In this document: positions 1-9,715 of the stretch, piece after piece
Position numbering within the stretch: the first letter of the stretch is position 1
Layout of the letters: each line of letters begins with the position of its first letter
NCBI GenBank assembly: GCA_030648615.1
Contig: JAUSHJ010000040.1
Location: forward strand, 6,769 to 70,768
Origin: Candidatus Micrarchaeota archaeon
GTDB lineage: Archaea > Micrarchaeota > Micrarchaeia > Anstonellales > Bilamarchaeaceae
DNA length: 64,000 bases
Direction of reading: 5' to 3'
Made by a program: the position numbers and the translations under genes
Notes under the pieces: model-generated
The model's database searches: none
Seen by the model: only the letters and a program-made list of their open reading frames with translations
Told to the model about the DNA's origin: nothing

Positions 1-1
1 A

Positions 2-1093
2 AATAAACACGGACGTATCTCTATTCCAGAATCTTATGAAATATTAAGATATGGTGCTGCTATGGGTCAAAGAAGAACAACTCCTTCGAAAACTGCAAGA
101 TGCTCATTTAGGAGAGTGATGGGAAATATCTTTGAACATGATAATATAATTGCAAGAAGAGAGCTGAAGCGAATGTTTGAAAGAATAGAAATATACGGAG
201 CGTTTTTAGTGCTTGGTCATGGTGGCGGATTGCCATGCGGAGCAGTTTCGGCAAAACAGAGCCATGCCGAGCATTCTTTAGAAGAGCACTCTTCAATACT
301 GCAAGTTCTTGAAAAAATTCCATCCGAAGTTCTTGGACGCGCATCACCTATAGCAGAAACATTAAATGCGCGACATCAGGCAAGTATGCTTTTGGATGAT
401 CATGAATTTGGTGCAATAATAAGAGAGAGAAATATAACTGTAGTTACAGGTATATGCACAGATAGCGAAATACGTTTTGAAGCATTAAATCGTACGGGCT
501 GGAATACAAGTCAACTAATTGAGCAACATCCTTTATTAGGTACATTGAGCAAACAAATGAAAAAAGCACTTAAAATCATGGTAATAGATGGAAAAGATAT
601 TAAGGAACAGTTTGCTCATGTTTTATTTGTATGGGATCCTGAAGACTTAAAAAAAGTAAATGGTCAAGACAGAAATGAATTATCTGTTGGGGGGATTTGT
701 TGTGTTGATGCAAGATTGCCTCCGAGAACACCTGGGCCAAGATTCATATTAGGGGTACGTCCTGGAGAAGCCGCAGGGGTAACCTGTGCTGTAAATGGAA
801 GCGTAGATTTCACTGGTGGTGAAATTGCATCTATAAAATACCTATTAGATCATGTTAAAGGAATTGCACCTCATTTAGGGGGAAATGGTCACATTGTAAC
901 ATTCGCATCTAATTTGGAAACTGCAGAAATGATCAGAAGAAGTATAATCGCCGATGGTACAGTCGATGAAGAAACGCAAGATGGGAAGACTATAAGCATT
1001 GCTTCGTTCAATGGAAGATCTTTGATAGTAAGGAACGAACATTTTGAACAAGAAATAGTCATGCCATATAATCCAGTTGCAAGAATATTCTGA
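2..1093 (+). CDS. beta-carbonic anhydrase-like protein, paralog 1 (5' truncated by window edge)
   Basis: Frame is open from base 2 (NKHGRISIPESY matches paralog 2 GKISVPESF). Motifs RVMGN, LGHGGGLPCGAV and CVDAR..ILGVRPGEA..ASIKY. Confidence 0.55.
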   Translation, partial: NKHGRISIPESYEILRYGAAMGQRRTTPSKTARCSFRRVMGNIFEHDNIIARRELKRMFERIEIYGAFLVLGHGGGLPCGAVSAKQSHAEHSLEEHSSILQVLEKIPSEVLGRASPIAETLNARHQASMLLDDHEFGAIIRERNITVVTGICTDSEIRFEALNRTGWNTSQLIEQHPLLGTLSKQMKKALKIMVIDGKDIKEQFAHVLFVWDPEDLKKVNGQDRNELSVGGICCVDARLPPRTPGPRFILGVRPGEAAGVTCAVNGSVDFTGGEIASIKYLLDHVKGIAPHLGGNGHIVTFASNLETAEMIRRSIIADGTVDEETQDGKTISIASFNGRSLIVRNEHFEQEIVMPYNPVARIF

Positions 1094-1199
1094 TTTTTTA
1101 TCTAAGCGGGTTGATTAAAAAGCTTTTCGTCACTAATCATGACTATCATAAAACCTTCTAGTCAGTGCTAGGTAGGTATGATACCACATAAGTGAAAAA

Positions 1200-2384
1200 A
1201 TGCATTCGTTAAAACGCACAGAATCGAATAGACTAGTTTTAGGTAGAGATATTACTGCGACTGTAGGGTCATTAAAACCGAGAGCATACGGTAAATTACT
1301 TACACAAGGTAAAATATCTGTACCAGAATCTTTTTATTTATTAGATCATGGTTTTACGGATTTTCAAACTAAGCCAGAACCTACTAAAACTAGATTATGT
1401 GAGCTTAGAAGAGTTGCTGGTAACATTTTTGAAGCAGAGGATCATGTGGCTAGAAGAGAAATAAGAAAGATGCTTACTAATGTGAAAGATGAAGGAATAT
1501 TTTTGATACTCGGACATGGCGGGTCAATCCCATGTGGTGCAGTATCAGCAAAGAAAAAATTACTTACTGATGGAATCGATGTGCATGAAAATATATCTCA
1601 TATCTTAGATCACATACCGGTTGGGATACTTGGATTAAATTCACCAGAAGCAGAAGAACTAAATGCGAGGCATCAAGCAACTTTGCTTTTGGATGATTCT
1701 GAATTTAGTGCAATTATAAACGATAAACACATAAGTGTAGTGACAGGTATATGTACCGATACCGGAATAAATTTCAACGTAATTAGAGAAAGTAAATCAG
1801 ATGGTATACTAAATCCAGGTTCAGTATTGGTGGCATTAAGTGATCAATTAAAAAGAGGATTATCAACTGCCTTAGAAGAAGGAAAAAATTTACAAAAACA
1901 TTTTGCACACGTTATGTTTATCTGGGATCCACAAGAAATGGCACATGTGATGAATCCAAAAAGTGAACCTCTGGAATTGGTAGGGTTATGTTGTATCGAT
2001 GGGAGATTACCTCCAAGAGTCCCAGGTCCAAGATATATATTTAGAACCAGAGCAGGAGAAGCAGTTTCAGTTACTTGTTCTATCAATGGAAAAGTCGAAT
2101 TTACAAAAGGTGAACTGGGGTCAGGTCTTTATGGTCTAAACCAGGTTTACGGATTGGCACCAGGTAGAGATGGAAACTGGCATGTTCTTGCATTTGCTTC
2201 TAGTATGGAGCATGCTCGAATGATTAGAGAAGCTGTTTTAGAAATGCCAGAATTTGTTAGTTTGACAAAAGGTGGAGCCACAATCAGTGTTGGTTTTTTT
2301 GATGGCGAATTGTTGGTACTGAGAAATGGAGTTTCAGGTATAACTATAAGAAGACCGTATATTCCAGATACTCCAATCCTCTAG
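1200..2384 (+). CDS. beta-carbonic anhydrase-like protein, paralog 2
   Basis: Colinear with the upstream ORF; RVAGN, LGHGGSIPCGAV, CIDGR motifs. Confidence 0.55.
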   Translation: MHSLKRTESNRLVLGRDITATVGSLKPRAYGKLLTQGKISVPESFYLLDHGFTDFQTKPEPTKTRLCELRRVAGNIFEAEDHVARREIRKMLTNVKDEGIFLILGHGGSIPCGAVSAKKKLLTDGIDVHENISHILDHIPVGILGLNSPEAEELNARHQATLLLDDSEFSAIINDKHISVVTGICTDTGINFNVIRESKSDGILNPGSVLVALSDQLKRGLSTALEEGKNLQKHFAHVMFIWDPQEMAHVMNPKSEPLELVGLCCIDGRLPPRVPGPRYIFRTRAGEAVSVTCSINGKVEFTKGELGSGLYGLNQVYGLAPGRDGNWHVLAFASSMEHARMIREAVLEMPEFVSLTKGGATISVGFFDGELLVLRNGVSGITIRRPYIPDTPIL

Positions 2385-4660
2385 TTTCTTCCTAAATTCT
2401 TTCCAACTATTTCTAAAATGTCTTTAGCTTCGTGTCCTACTTTTATTAGAGTCGTGTGACCACGCATTCCCTTGCTGCTCATTTTTGTTGTAATTAGTCC
2501 AAGCATTTCCAAATCATTTAAATATTCATGATACCAACGGACACTGCGAGCTCGTTTTTTTATTTTTTTACATACTAATTCATATTCTTCGTAGACTTCT
2601 CCTGAGAATAAAAAGCCTTCCATATTGTCAAGTCGTGCATATTTGCTGCCGTTCAACGAAAGATTTGCAATTGCATTTAGTAATATCTGATGGTTTTCTG
2701 GCAGTGTGCTAATTGTTTCAGCAGCAATATCGAAATCAACTTTTTTTCTTGCAGCTTCTACTTCATTATCAGTTATTTTTTTCTTTCCAGTCTGTTCAGC
2801 TATTTCTCCTGCCTTGAATAATAGCTTCAAAGCATAACGAGCATCCCCACTTTCCTGTGCAGTCATAGCTGCAGCAAGATTAACTGCACTGCTTTCCACT
2901 GTACCTTTGTTGAATCCCATCTCAGTTCTTCCATCAAGAATTTTCCTTAACTGTTCACTCGAGTAAGGTGGGAAGACCATTTCAGTTTCGTAGAGACTGC
3001 TCTTACTTCTTGGATCTAAAGCATCTTTGAATGATAATTTATTTGAAATTCCAACTATGCTAACTCCGCCTTTTTTTACCTCGTCATTTACTCTTGTTAG
3101 CGTGTAGATCAGTTCGTCCAAATCTTTTATCATGTCTATTTCATCCAACACTATAACGAACTGATAATTATTTCCTATTATGTCAATAATTTTTTCATAG
3201 TAAAATGGCAATCCGAATCCTGCTTTTTCTAGTTCAGGTACAAATGGTTTAAGTAATTTCTGGAGAATTCTGTAGCGTGAATTATAAATTCTGCAATTAA
3301 GGTATACCATACTTGCGTTTTTTGCAGATTTATTGAAATTATCCATAATGCTTTTTACTGAGCATGTTTTTCCCGTATTATGTGATATTATTCCATTTGC
3401 TATAAAATTATGGTTACCCGGAACAGTTAGATCGTAAACAGTATCTTCGTAAGTTTCTTCTATTGCTATTATTTTGGAAGATAACAAATCTGATTTATAA
3501 TTTCTTTTTAATCTATATCTATTTTCTAACATCTCCTTTAGTTTTTCCTGCTTTTCTTTATGGTAAAAACCTATTTTATTGTAAAATTTAGTTAGATTAT
3601 CTACTCGAGTTACATATAGTCTATAGCTATCGAAATACTTGCCATTGCATTTTGCTTTTTTATGTATTATTTTTGAGTTTATTCCAAATTGGTTTAGCAA
3701 TAACATTATGTCCTGCAATAATCCTTTGGAATTAGAATAATACTCTATCATAAACGTATTTTTTGATACCGTTCCATCTCCAGAAAAAAGCGCCTTTAGG
3801 AATTCTATTTGTGTTTGTTCATCACATTCAAAAATTATTTTTGGTACTCGAACAATATAACTTTTTTTACCCTTAGGGATACCTAAAAATGAAAGACAAT
3901 CACATATCTTTTGGGATATTACTTCAACCTGCAAAGTTTTTCTACTTAACTGTTCTCTTCTGATAGTTGCTTTATAAGGGAATAAATCTGTTAAGTCTTT
4001 TTGAACCAATTGCAATAACTCCACAGTGTTACTAGTATATCTTAGTCGTTGCCTATTAGAATTATACCAGTAACCTTTGCTATCCTTTGTCCGTTTTTTC
4101 TTCTGGTTTATGCTTCCATCGCTTATTACAAAACCCAATAATCTTGCCAATCCAAAAGGAATCTGTTTTTTGCTCTCATTTGAAAAATTAAAACCAAGAA
4201 GGACATCATCATCTTTTTCTAGTTTGTCTGCTTTAGCCCATGTCAAATCTTTTAATAATAGCGGGTGATCTTTAGTTACTACCAATTCCAGACCGTTATC
4301 TAGGACTATTTTAAGTAATTTGTCATTATTTTTAAAAGTCAAGAATTTGAAGTTTTTCCATTCGTATTTTCTAGTTTTCAAATTGAAAGTTAGCACTTTT
4401 TCTGTTCCTACTATAGATTTTATTTCTTTATATCCCTCGTTTGTCATCACCAGCGTTGAGCCTGAAACACAACCTGTTTTTCCATAGATGAAAAGATTTC
4501 TTGGTTTTCTGCCTCTTAGTGCAGAAGATACTACCCCCATTATTTCTTCTATTTGTTGTTCGCGGAAAGGTAAAACATCTGGTACGTAGTGTGGTGAAAG
4601 TACGGAAACGTCTTTGAATATCGATTCTCTTGCAAGAATTTGCTCAAAACTAGGACTCAT
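2381..4660 (-). CDS. cdc6: Cdc6/Orc1 replication initiator, intein-containing
   Basis: LSPHYVPDVLPFRE, Walker A GKTG|TGKT split by an intein, Walker B LDEID, GDARYA, C-terminal wHTH. Confidence 0.95.
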   Translation of the reverse strand: MSPSFEQILARESIFKDVSVLSPHYVPDVLPFREQQIEEIMGVVSSALRGRKPRNLFIYGKTGCVSGSTLVMTNEGYKEIKSIVGTEKVLTFNLKTRKYEWKNFKFLTFKNNDKLLKIVLDNGLELVVTKDHPLLLKDLTWAKADKLEKDDDVLLGFNFSNESKKQIPFGLARLLGFVISDGSINQKKKRTKDSKGYWYNSNRQRLRYTSNTVELLQLVQKDLTDLFPYKATIRREQLSRKTLQVEVISQKICDCLSFLGIPKGKKSYIVRVPKIIFECDEQTQIEFLKALFSGDGTVSKNTFMIEYYSNSKGLLQDIMLLLNQFGINSKIIHKKAKCNGKYFDSYRLYVTRVDNLTKFYNKIGFYHKEKQEKLKEMLENRYRLKRNYKSDLLSSKIIAIEETYEDTVYDLTVPGNHNFIANGIISHNTGKTCSVKSIMDNFNKSAKNASMVYLNCRIYNSRYRILQKLLKPFVPELEKAGFGLPFYYEKIIDIIGNNYQFVIVLDEIDMIKDLDELIYTLTRVNDEVKKGGVSIVGISNKLSFKDALDPRSKSSLYETEMVFPPYSSEQLRKILDGRTEMGFNKGTVESSAVNLAAAMTAQESGDARYALKLLFKAGEIAEQTGKKKITDNEVEAARKKVDFDIAAETISTLPENHQILLNAIANLSLNGSKYARLDNMEGFLFSGEVYEEYELVCKKIKKRARSVRWYHEYLNDLEMLGLITTKMSSKGMRGHTTLIKVGHEAKDILEIVGKNLGRN
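3377..4471 (-). mobile_element. Intein (365 aa) with LAGLIDADG homing endonuclease in Cdc6 Walker A
   Basis: Starts CVSGST; block B TKDH; LLGFVISDG and FLKALFSGDG motifs; ends HNFIANGIISHN|T. Confidence 0.95.
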
Positions 4661-4768
4661 ACTTCAAGTATTATGGACAAAACATTTATATGTATGCATC
4701 GGATACTGTAACCTTTTTAATAATTCCATAGTATATCTTGTTAGAAGAAATATTATCAGGTGACCTCT

Positions 4769-5023
4769 ATGACGACAAAATTATCTAGAATGTATGGAAT
4801 GGATATATTTACCGACAGTGGTAAATTTTTGGGAAATGCACAAGATTTCATTGTAGATGTAGAATCCGGTGAAGTTTCGAGAGTATTGATTGAACAATTA
4901 CCTATAGGTAAAGAAGATGCAAAGAAAGCACTTCGCGAGAAGAGCATACTCTATAAGAATGTAAAATCTGTTGAAGATGTAATCGTAGTTACCAAAGGTA
5001 TCAGTGTAGCACCTTCTGCATAA
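4769..5023 (+). CDS. PRC-barrel domain protein
   Basis: LSRMYGMDIFTDSGKFLG..DFIVD..G; ATG after GGTGA. Confidence 0.85.
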   Translation: MTTKLSRMYGMDIFTDSGKFLGNAQDFIVDVESGEVSRVLIEQLPIGKEDAKKALREKSILYKNVKSVEDVIVVTKGISVAPSA

Positions 5024-5034
5024 GGATGTAGTTT

Positions 5035-5220
5035 ATGGCAAAAGCATTCGTTCGTGTTTTAGTCGGGCTGTTATCAATAGCCCTTGGCTATTTTATTTTT
5101 AATTTCTGGGGTAGTACGCGACCGAACGATCCCCAGATGACTGCTATTGGTGCTGGCATCGTAGTAGTGATAGCTTCTTTTATTGCTCTGTCGTCTATGA
5201 CTAAAGGCGGCGGAGATTAG
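5035..5220 (+). CDS. small two-TM membrane protein
   Basis: Two hydrophobic segments; directly follows the PRC-barrel gene. Confidence 0.7.
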   Translation: MAKAFVRVLVGLLSIALGYFIFNFWGSTRPNDPQMTAIGAGIVVVIASFIALSSMTKGGGD

Positions 5221-5265
5221 CGACAAGTCGCTTCCCTGTCTGCGGGTAGTCGCGATAGTTATCGT

Positions 5266-5300
5266 GTTTCGAGTTTCAAGTTTCCAGTTTCGAGTTTAGT
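5266..5300 (+). repeat. GT-initial heptamer tandem array
   Basis: gtttcga gtttcaa gtttcca gtttcga gtttagt. Confidence 0.85.
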
Positions 5301-5379
5301 TTTTAGTATCTAAATATTCAAGGTTTTGAGTTTTGTTTCTGATCCCCGAGTCTCTTTTTATTGTTTTTGATATAATAAT

Positions 5380-6012
5380 ATGTTTATGTCAAATGTTATG
5401 CAATTGAGCGGAAAAGTTTATCATGCGACAGCAAGAGCAAATCTGCCTATGATTATGGTAGACGGACTGAAACCACTTGCCAAAAATCGCACAAGGGAAA
5501 TTCAAGTCGTAGATCTTGCATTTGATATAGTAGCCGAAGCAAAAGGAGTAAGACAGCGTCGTACCGGTATATTTGCATGGCATGATAAAGAAAGTACGCA
5601 TTCACTACATTTTGACAGTGCTATTCTAGAGGTTGCTGTTGATCCGTGCACTGCTCTGGTGCTTCATCAGGCATGGATGGATCTGGCATGGGGCATAGTA
5701 GAAGGTATTTTAGTGCGAGTTCCGTCGCAACACAAAGATAAAATAAATGCACTAAGCGTAAACGAATTATTCGAGCAATTGATTCATGTTCAAATTTATG
5801 AAGGAACTGCCGGAGAGGTGCTCAGCGAGCTTGGGCTATTATATTGGGGAAGCGGAGTAAGACTTGCAGATTATAACGTTGAGAGTGCACATGCACTGAC
5901 TGACAAAGTAATACAATCTCAGAGATTGTTTAGTGGACTGATGCCTGGAGTAAATCACGAGGTAGCTTTAGGTGTCGAGCCCATTCCAAAGGAAAGATTG
6001 GCGTTGTTGTAA
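5380..6012 (+). CDS. hypothetical protein, possible ADP-ribosyltransferase-like fold
   Basis: N-terminal VYHAT...NLPMIMVDGLKP resembles the Tpt1/DarT-type YHxT..I..xGL motif. Confidence 0.45.
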   Translation: MFMSNVMQLSGKVYHATARANLPMIMVDGLKPLAKNRTREIQVVDLAFDIVAEAKGVRQRRTGIFAWHDKESTHSLHFDSAILEVAVDPCTALVLHQAWMDLAWGIVEGILVRVPSQHKDKINALSVNELFEQLIHVQIYEGTAGEVLSELGLLYWGSGVRLADYNVESAHALTDKVIQSQRLFSGLMPGVNHEVALGVEPIPKERLALL

Positions 6013-6019
6013 AATTAGA

Positions 6020-6565
6020 TTATTTTTCATTTTTCTTAATAGTAATATTTTCCCTGGTTTTCTTATTTATAATCTTCTTATCAAACCCAAGCATCCAATT
6101 AACTTTCTTCTTTAGTGCAGCAGTCGGTTCAACAATTACAATTCCTTCTTTCGGTTGTCCATAGATTATGCGTGTATCGTTATCGGCATATTTGACAAAT
6201 GCTAAAGCAGTCAAATCTTCTTCACCATCTATCTTCAGTGCTCCTCCTGTTTTTAGTAGCTTGGCTGCACTAGCAAGTACTTCTTCAGATACGGTGCCGG
6301 GAGGATTAGATAATTCAATTATATTTTTGAAATGGAGCTTTATCACATTTTCTAGTTGTTTTGCTAGTTTTCTTCTCATGTACTTATAGTCGAAAACTGC
6401 GAGATGCGGCCTTATTCCTATGCCCAGAAGCGCTAAAGTTGTTACATCTCCTACGGCAATTATTTTATAATTTTGACTTAGTTTTTTTACTTCCTCAAGA
6501 GTTTTGTATAATTTGCCCATGGGTCGTTTAAGTTGTGCTCTTGCTGTTGGAGTTATTCTTACCAT
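6020..6565 (-). CDS. GTP-dependent dephospho-CoA kinase (DUF359)
   Basis: VGDVTT, NPPGT, IDGEEDL, YGQPKEG motifs. Confidence 0.9.
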   Translation of the reverse strand: MVRITPTARAQLKRPMGKLYKTLEEVKKLSQNYKIIAVGDVTTLALLGIGIRPHLAVFDYKYMRRKLAKQLENVIKLHFKNIIELSNPPGTVSEEVLASAAKLLKTGGALKIDGEEDLTALAFVKYADNDTRIIYGQPKEGIVIVEPTAALKKKVNWMLGFDKKIINKKTRENITIKKNEK

Positions 6566-6618
6566 AGTTAAAAGCTACAAAGTTGCAGATTAAAAATGTT
6601 AGTCTGATCATTACTATT

Positions 6619-7773
6619 ATGGCTCTAAGCAAAAACACAAAATTATTCTCACTGGCTAGCTTTCTTACCGATGTAAGCAGCGAAATGCTCATTCCTATTT
6701 TGCCTTACGTTCTTACTACTGTTCTAGGTGCACCTGTTATTGCTGTCAGTTTGTTTGAAGCAGTGAAAGAGACGATTGCAAAAGTGATTGGCATCGTATC
6801 CGGATTTTACAGCGATAAGATAGGCAGAAGAAAAAACACAGTAATCGCTGGCTACGGCATATCTGCATTTATGAAAGGGTTGCTAATGCTAGTGGCAGGT
6901 TGGCAGCAGATAGTCGGCATTCTTCTATTTGAAAGAGTAGGCAAAGGCGTAAGAGAATCACCCAGAGATTCATTGATCGTACTATCGGAGAAAAAAGAAA
7001 ATTTAGGTAAGGCATTCGGTTTTAGAAAAATGCTTGATAATTTTGGCGCAATTCTTGGTCCGGTGTTAGCTAGTATAATTATAATTGCATTTGGAAATGC
7101 ACCCATAGAACAGACATATAAAAATATTTTCATTATTTCATTCATACCTGCAGTGATCGCGGTAGCAGTACTTTTTTTCATAGATGAAATCAAAACAAAA
7201 GGACAAGATGGGAAGAAGATACTAAAAGAGCTTAATCACGATGGAAATTTTAAGAAATTTATAATTGCTCAGGCAATTTTTGCTCTCGGTAATTTTGGAA
7301 TTTCATTATTTTTATTAAGAGCTGGTAATTTCGTTGCATTTGCTATAGTACCTTTAGTATATCTTGGATACAATATATTTTATACGACATTTTCAATGCC
7401 TGCTGGGATTATTGCAGATAAAATTGGTCCTAAGAAAACTTTGGTAATCGGATATTTTATTTATTTAGTTGCTTTAGTTGGATTAATACAATATGCTGAT
7501 TCATCTTCCATAATAGTTATGTTTGCATTGCTTGGTCTTTTCATGGCAATTAATGAAGTCGCACCTAATGTAATGGTCGGGAGATTGGTAGAAAAAGAGG
7601 TTTATGGTAGTGCGATCGGATTAAGTAAGGGCCTAACAGGGTGGATTGCATTGCCTGCGAATATTATTGCAGGTGCACTATGGACAGTTTATGGTCCTAA
7701 TACTGCATTCTTGTTTGGGATTGTGACTACGATAATTAGTATTGGTGCAATGATGTTTTTTGTCAGGGACTAA
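6619..7773 (+). CDS. MFS transporter
   Basis: About 12 TM segments; SDKIGRRK and ADKIGPKK motif A. Confidence 0.9.
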   Translation: MALSKNTKLFSLASFLTDVSSEMLIPILPYVLTTVLGAPVIAVSLFEAVKETIAKVIGIVSGFYSDKIGRRKNTVIAGYGISAFMKGLLMLVAGWQQIVGILLFERVGKGVRESPRDSLIVLSEKKENLGKAFGFRKMLDNFGAILGPVLASIIIIAFGNAPIEQTYKNIFIISFIPAVIAVAVLFFIDEIKTKGQDGKKILKELNHDGNFKKFIIAQAIFALGNFGISLFLLRAGNFVAFAIVPLVYLGYNIFYTTFSMPAGIIADKIGPKKTLVIGYFIYLVALVGLIQYADSSSIIVMFALLGLFMAINEVAPNVMVGRLVEKEVYGSAIGLSKGLTGWIALPANIIAGALWTVYGPNTAFLFGIVTTIISIGAMMFFVRD

Positions 7774-7799
7774 CATAAATATAATCAGGAAACTCTAAG

Positions 7800-8183
7800 C
7801 TATCTATATTCTTTTTCTAATTTTATTCTATCAAGTCCGAGTTCATCAAAAATATGGTCAGAACTTATTATTTCGTCAAATTGTGCATAAGCTGCATGCA
7901 ACGCATCAAACACATTGATTTTTTTCTGTTTTATATAATGAGCTGCAAGAAGTGCTGTTTTTTCTTCTAAGTCTCTCACCTTTACTAATCTATAAGTATG
8001 AACAATTATTTTTTCAGGATCTAAATCAAGACGTTTACAAATTAAAAGTAATTCTGAGATGACATGGGGACTTATCCATAATTCGTCCTTATATCTATCA
8101 TAAGTTGTAGTTGCCCTTTCTTTTAGCCAATCGTCGTCCTTGATTAGTGCAAGAATAAAATCAGTATCAGCAAATGGAATAAT
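7800..8183 (-). CDS. vapC: PIN-domain (VapC) toxin, missing from the ORF track; probable ATT start
   Basis: Manual translation IIPFADTDFILAL...ISELL...VFDALHAAYA..IISSDHIFD. In-frame TAA lies 5 codons upstream and there is no ATG/GTG/TTG. Confidence 0.85.
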   Translation of the reverse strand: MIPFADTDFILALIKDDDWLKERATTTYDRYKDELWISPHVISELLLICKRLDLDPEKIIVHTYRLVKVRDLEEKTALLAAHYIKQKKINVFDALHAAYAQFDEIISSDHIFDELGLDRIKLEKEYR

Positions 8184-8184
8184 C

Positions 8185-8439
8185 TCACCTTCTTCTAGTT
8201 AAACCTTCCATTGCTTCTTTTTCAGCTTCTTCGTGAATCATTCTTTTAAGATCCTTCACAGTCAAATTTTTAGGTATTTTTTTCCCTTCTTCCTGTAATG
8301 CTTTTAGAGGATTTTTTGAAACTGGAATAAGTATTACTTCTCCTTTAGCAGGAACAATTACAAATTCTTCCCCGTACTGTTCCACTACTTCCCTTGTCAA
8401 ACAGATTCTTGCTTTGTCGTCTACATGTGCGTATGTCAT
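8185..8439 (-). CDS. AbrB/MazE/SpoVT-family antitoxin
   Basis: VDDKARICL..GEEFVIV..EVILIPV; abuts the PIN gene. Confidence 0.8.
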   Translation of the reverse strand: MTYAHVDDKARICLTREVVEQYGEEFVIVPAKGEVILIPVSKNPLKALQEEGKKIPKNLTVKDLKRMIHEEAEKEAMEGLTRRR

Positions 8440-8486
8440 ATTCCCACATTTATTGTTATGGTGGGAAATATTTATAAATATTCCCA

Positions 8487-9155
8487 CTAAAGTATTCTGC
8501 TCTCATCCTTCGTCCCGACAATTACCTTGTCAAATTTAGTGAATATTCCACTTTCCACTACTCCTGGAATATTCTTCAATTCGATTTCAGTTCTCTTCGG
8601 GTCTTTTACAAACATCTCAACATCAAGCAGGAAATTTCCATTATCTGTTATTATAGGCCCTATCTTTTCGTCTGCAACTCGGTAACCAACTTTCTTCGAG
8701 AATTTGTAAAGTTCCTTCATTACTGTGTTATATGCGAATGGGACTACTTCAACAACTACTTTCCCTTCAAGTCTTTCTTTTACCTTGCTGGAATCCACTA
8801 TGCAGATAAATTTCTTGGCAGCGTAGGCAACTACCTTTTCCCTGGTTAGTGCGCCTCCACCACCCTTAAGCAAACCAGTTTTTGTTGCTACGTCCGCACC
8901 ATCTATTGCAAGATCAATTTGATCCACTTCGTCAGCTTCAGCTATGCTTAAACCTAGTTTATGTGAAAGTATTCTAGTATCAAAAGACGATGGTACTCCG
9001 ATTATGTTTAATTTTTCTTTTTTTACTCGTTCAGCTAAGAGTTTGATGAATTCGCGTGCAGTAGTTCCGCTACCTAAACCCAGAATCATTCCATCTTGTA
9101 CGTATTCCAGGGCTGCTTTTGCTGCGTTTATTTTTTCTAGTTCTAATGATGACAT
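8487..9155 (-). CDS. rpiA: ribose-5-phosphate isomerase A
   Basis: GLGSGTT, DGAD, KGGGGALTREK, TDNGN, GVVESG. Confidence 0.95.
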   Translation of the reverse strand: MSSLELEKINAAKAALEYVQDGMILGLGSGTTAREFIKLLAERVKKEKLNIIGVPSSFDTRILSHKLGLSIAEADEVDQIDLAIDGADVATKTGLLKGGGGALTREKVVAYAAKKFICIVDSSKVKERLEGKVVVEVVPFAYNTVMKELYKFSKKVGYRVADEKIGPIITDNGNFLLDVEMFVKDPKRTEIELKNIPGVVESGIFTKFDKVIVGTKDESRIL

Positions 9156-9180
9156 AAATATAACTGAGAAATTAGTATTT

Positions 9181-9426
9181 TTATCCTTTTCTGAATTGAC
9201 CTGCGAGTTCAGGATTCTGAGAGAATTGTAGTTTATTTTTTTTCTGACCAACATATTCAATTGATTTTCCACTTTCATCGGTGAGCGTCATGTCCATTAT
9301 TTCTTTACCGACTCTCATTGTTAGCACCATTGGCTTTCCTTTGAATATTACTTTTACACTGTAAATCTGATTGTCGTTATCGTATGCATATTTTACATCA
9401 CAATTTTTGAAATCTTTAAGTGTCAT
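9181..9426 (-). CDS. hypothetical protein
   Basis: ORF in series with its neighbours; no motif recognised. Confidence 0.45.
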   Translation of the reverse strand: MTLKDFKNCDVKYAYDNDNQIYSVKVIFKGKPMVLTMRVGKEIMDMTLTDESGKSIEYVGQKKNKLQFSQNPELAGQFRKG

Positions 9427-9429
9427 AGT

Positions 9430-9654
9430 TTATACCTGTGCTATTTCAAATATCAAGGATTTTTTCATAAACTGTCTCCCTTCAGGAGTTTTTCCCAGCT
9501 GATCTGCAAATGCTTGTGCTAATCTGGCAGTAGTATTGAATGCAGCAGCTGTTGCAGTTCCTTGTATTTTTTCTCGTATTTCTACTGGTTTTATTATTAC
9601 ACCAGCAAGCTGACTTTCTTCGAATACGTTTCTATCTACTGTTTTCTGTGCCAT
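9430..9654 (-). CDS. hypothetical protein
   Basis: ATG preceded by GGAG; no motif recognised. Confidence 0.5.
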   Translation of the reverse strand: MAQKTVDRNVFEESQLAGVIIKPVEIREKIQGTATAAAFNTTARLAQAFADQLGKTPEGRQFMKKSLIFEIAQV

Positions 9655-9715
9655 AATTTAATTTCTCCATTATGCTATAAATACCTTTCGATTTAAATCA
9701 AAATCAGGTGGAAAA

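Noticed and set aside
4661-4760. Replication origin next to cdc6
   Set aside because: Short spacer with no recognisable ORB repeats.
9181-9654. Single frameshifted gene
   Set aside because: Alternative frames hit stops near the junction and there is no convincing slippery site.
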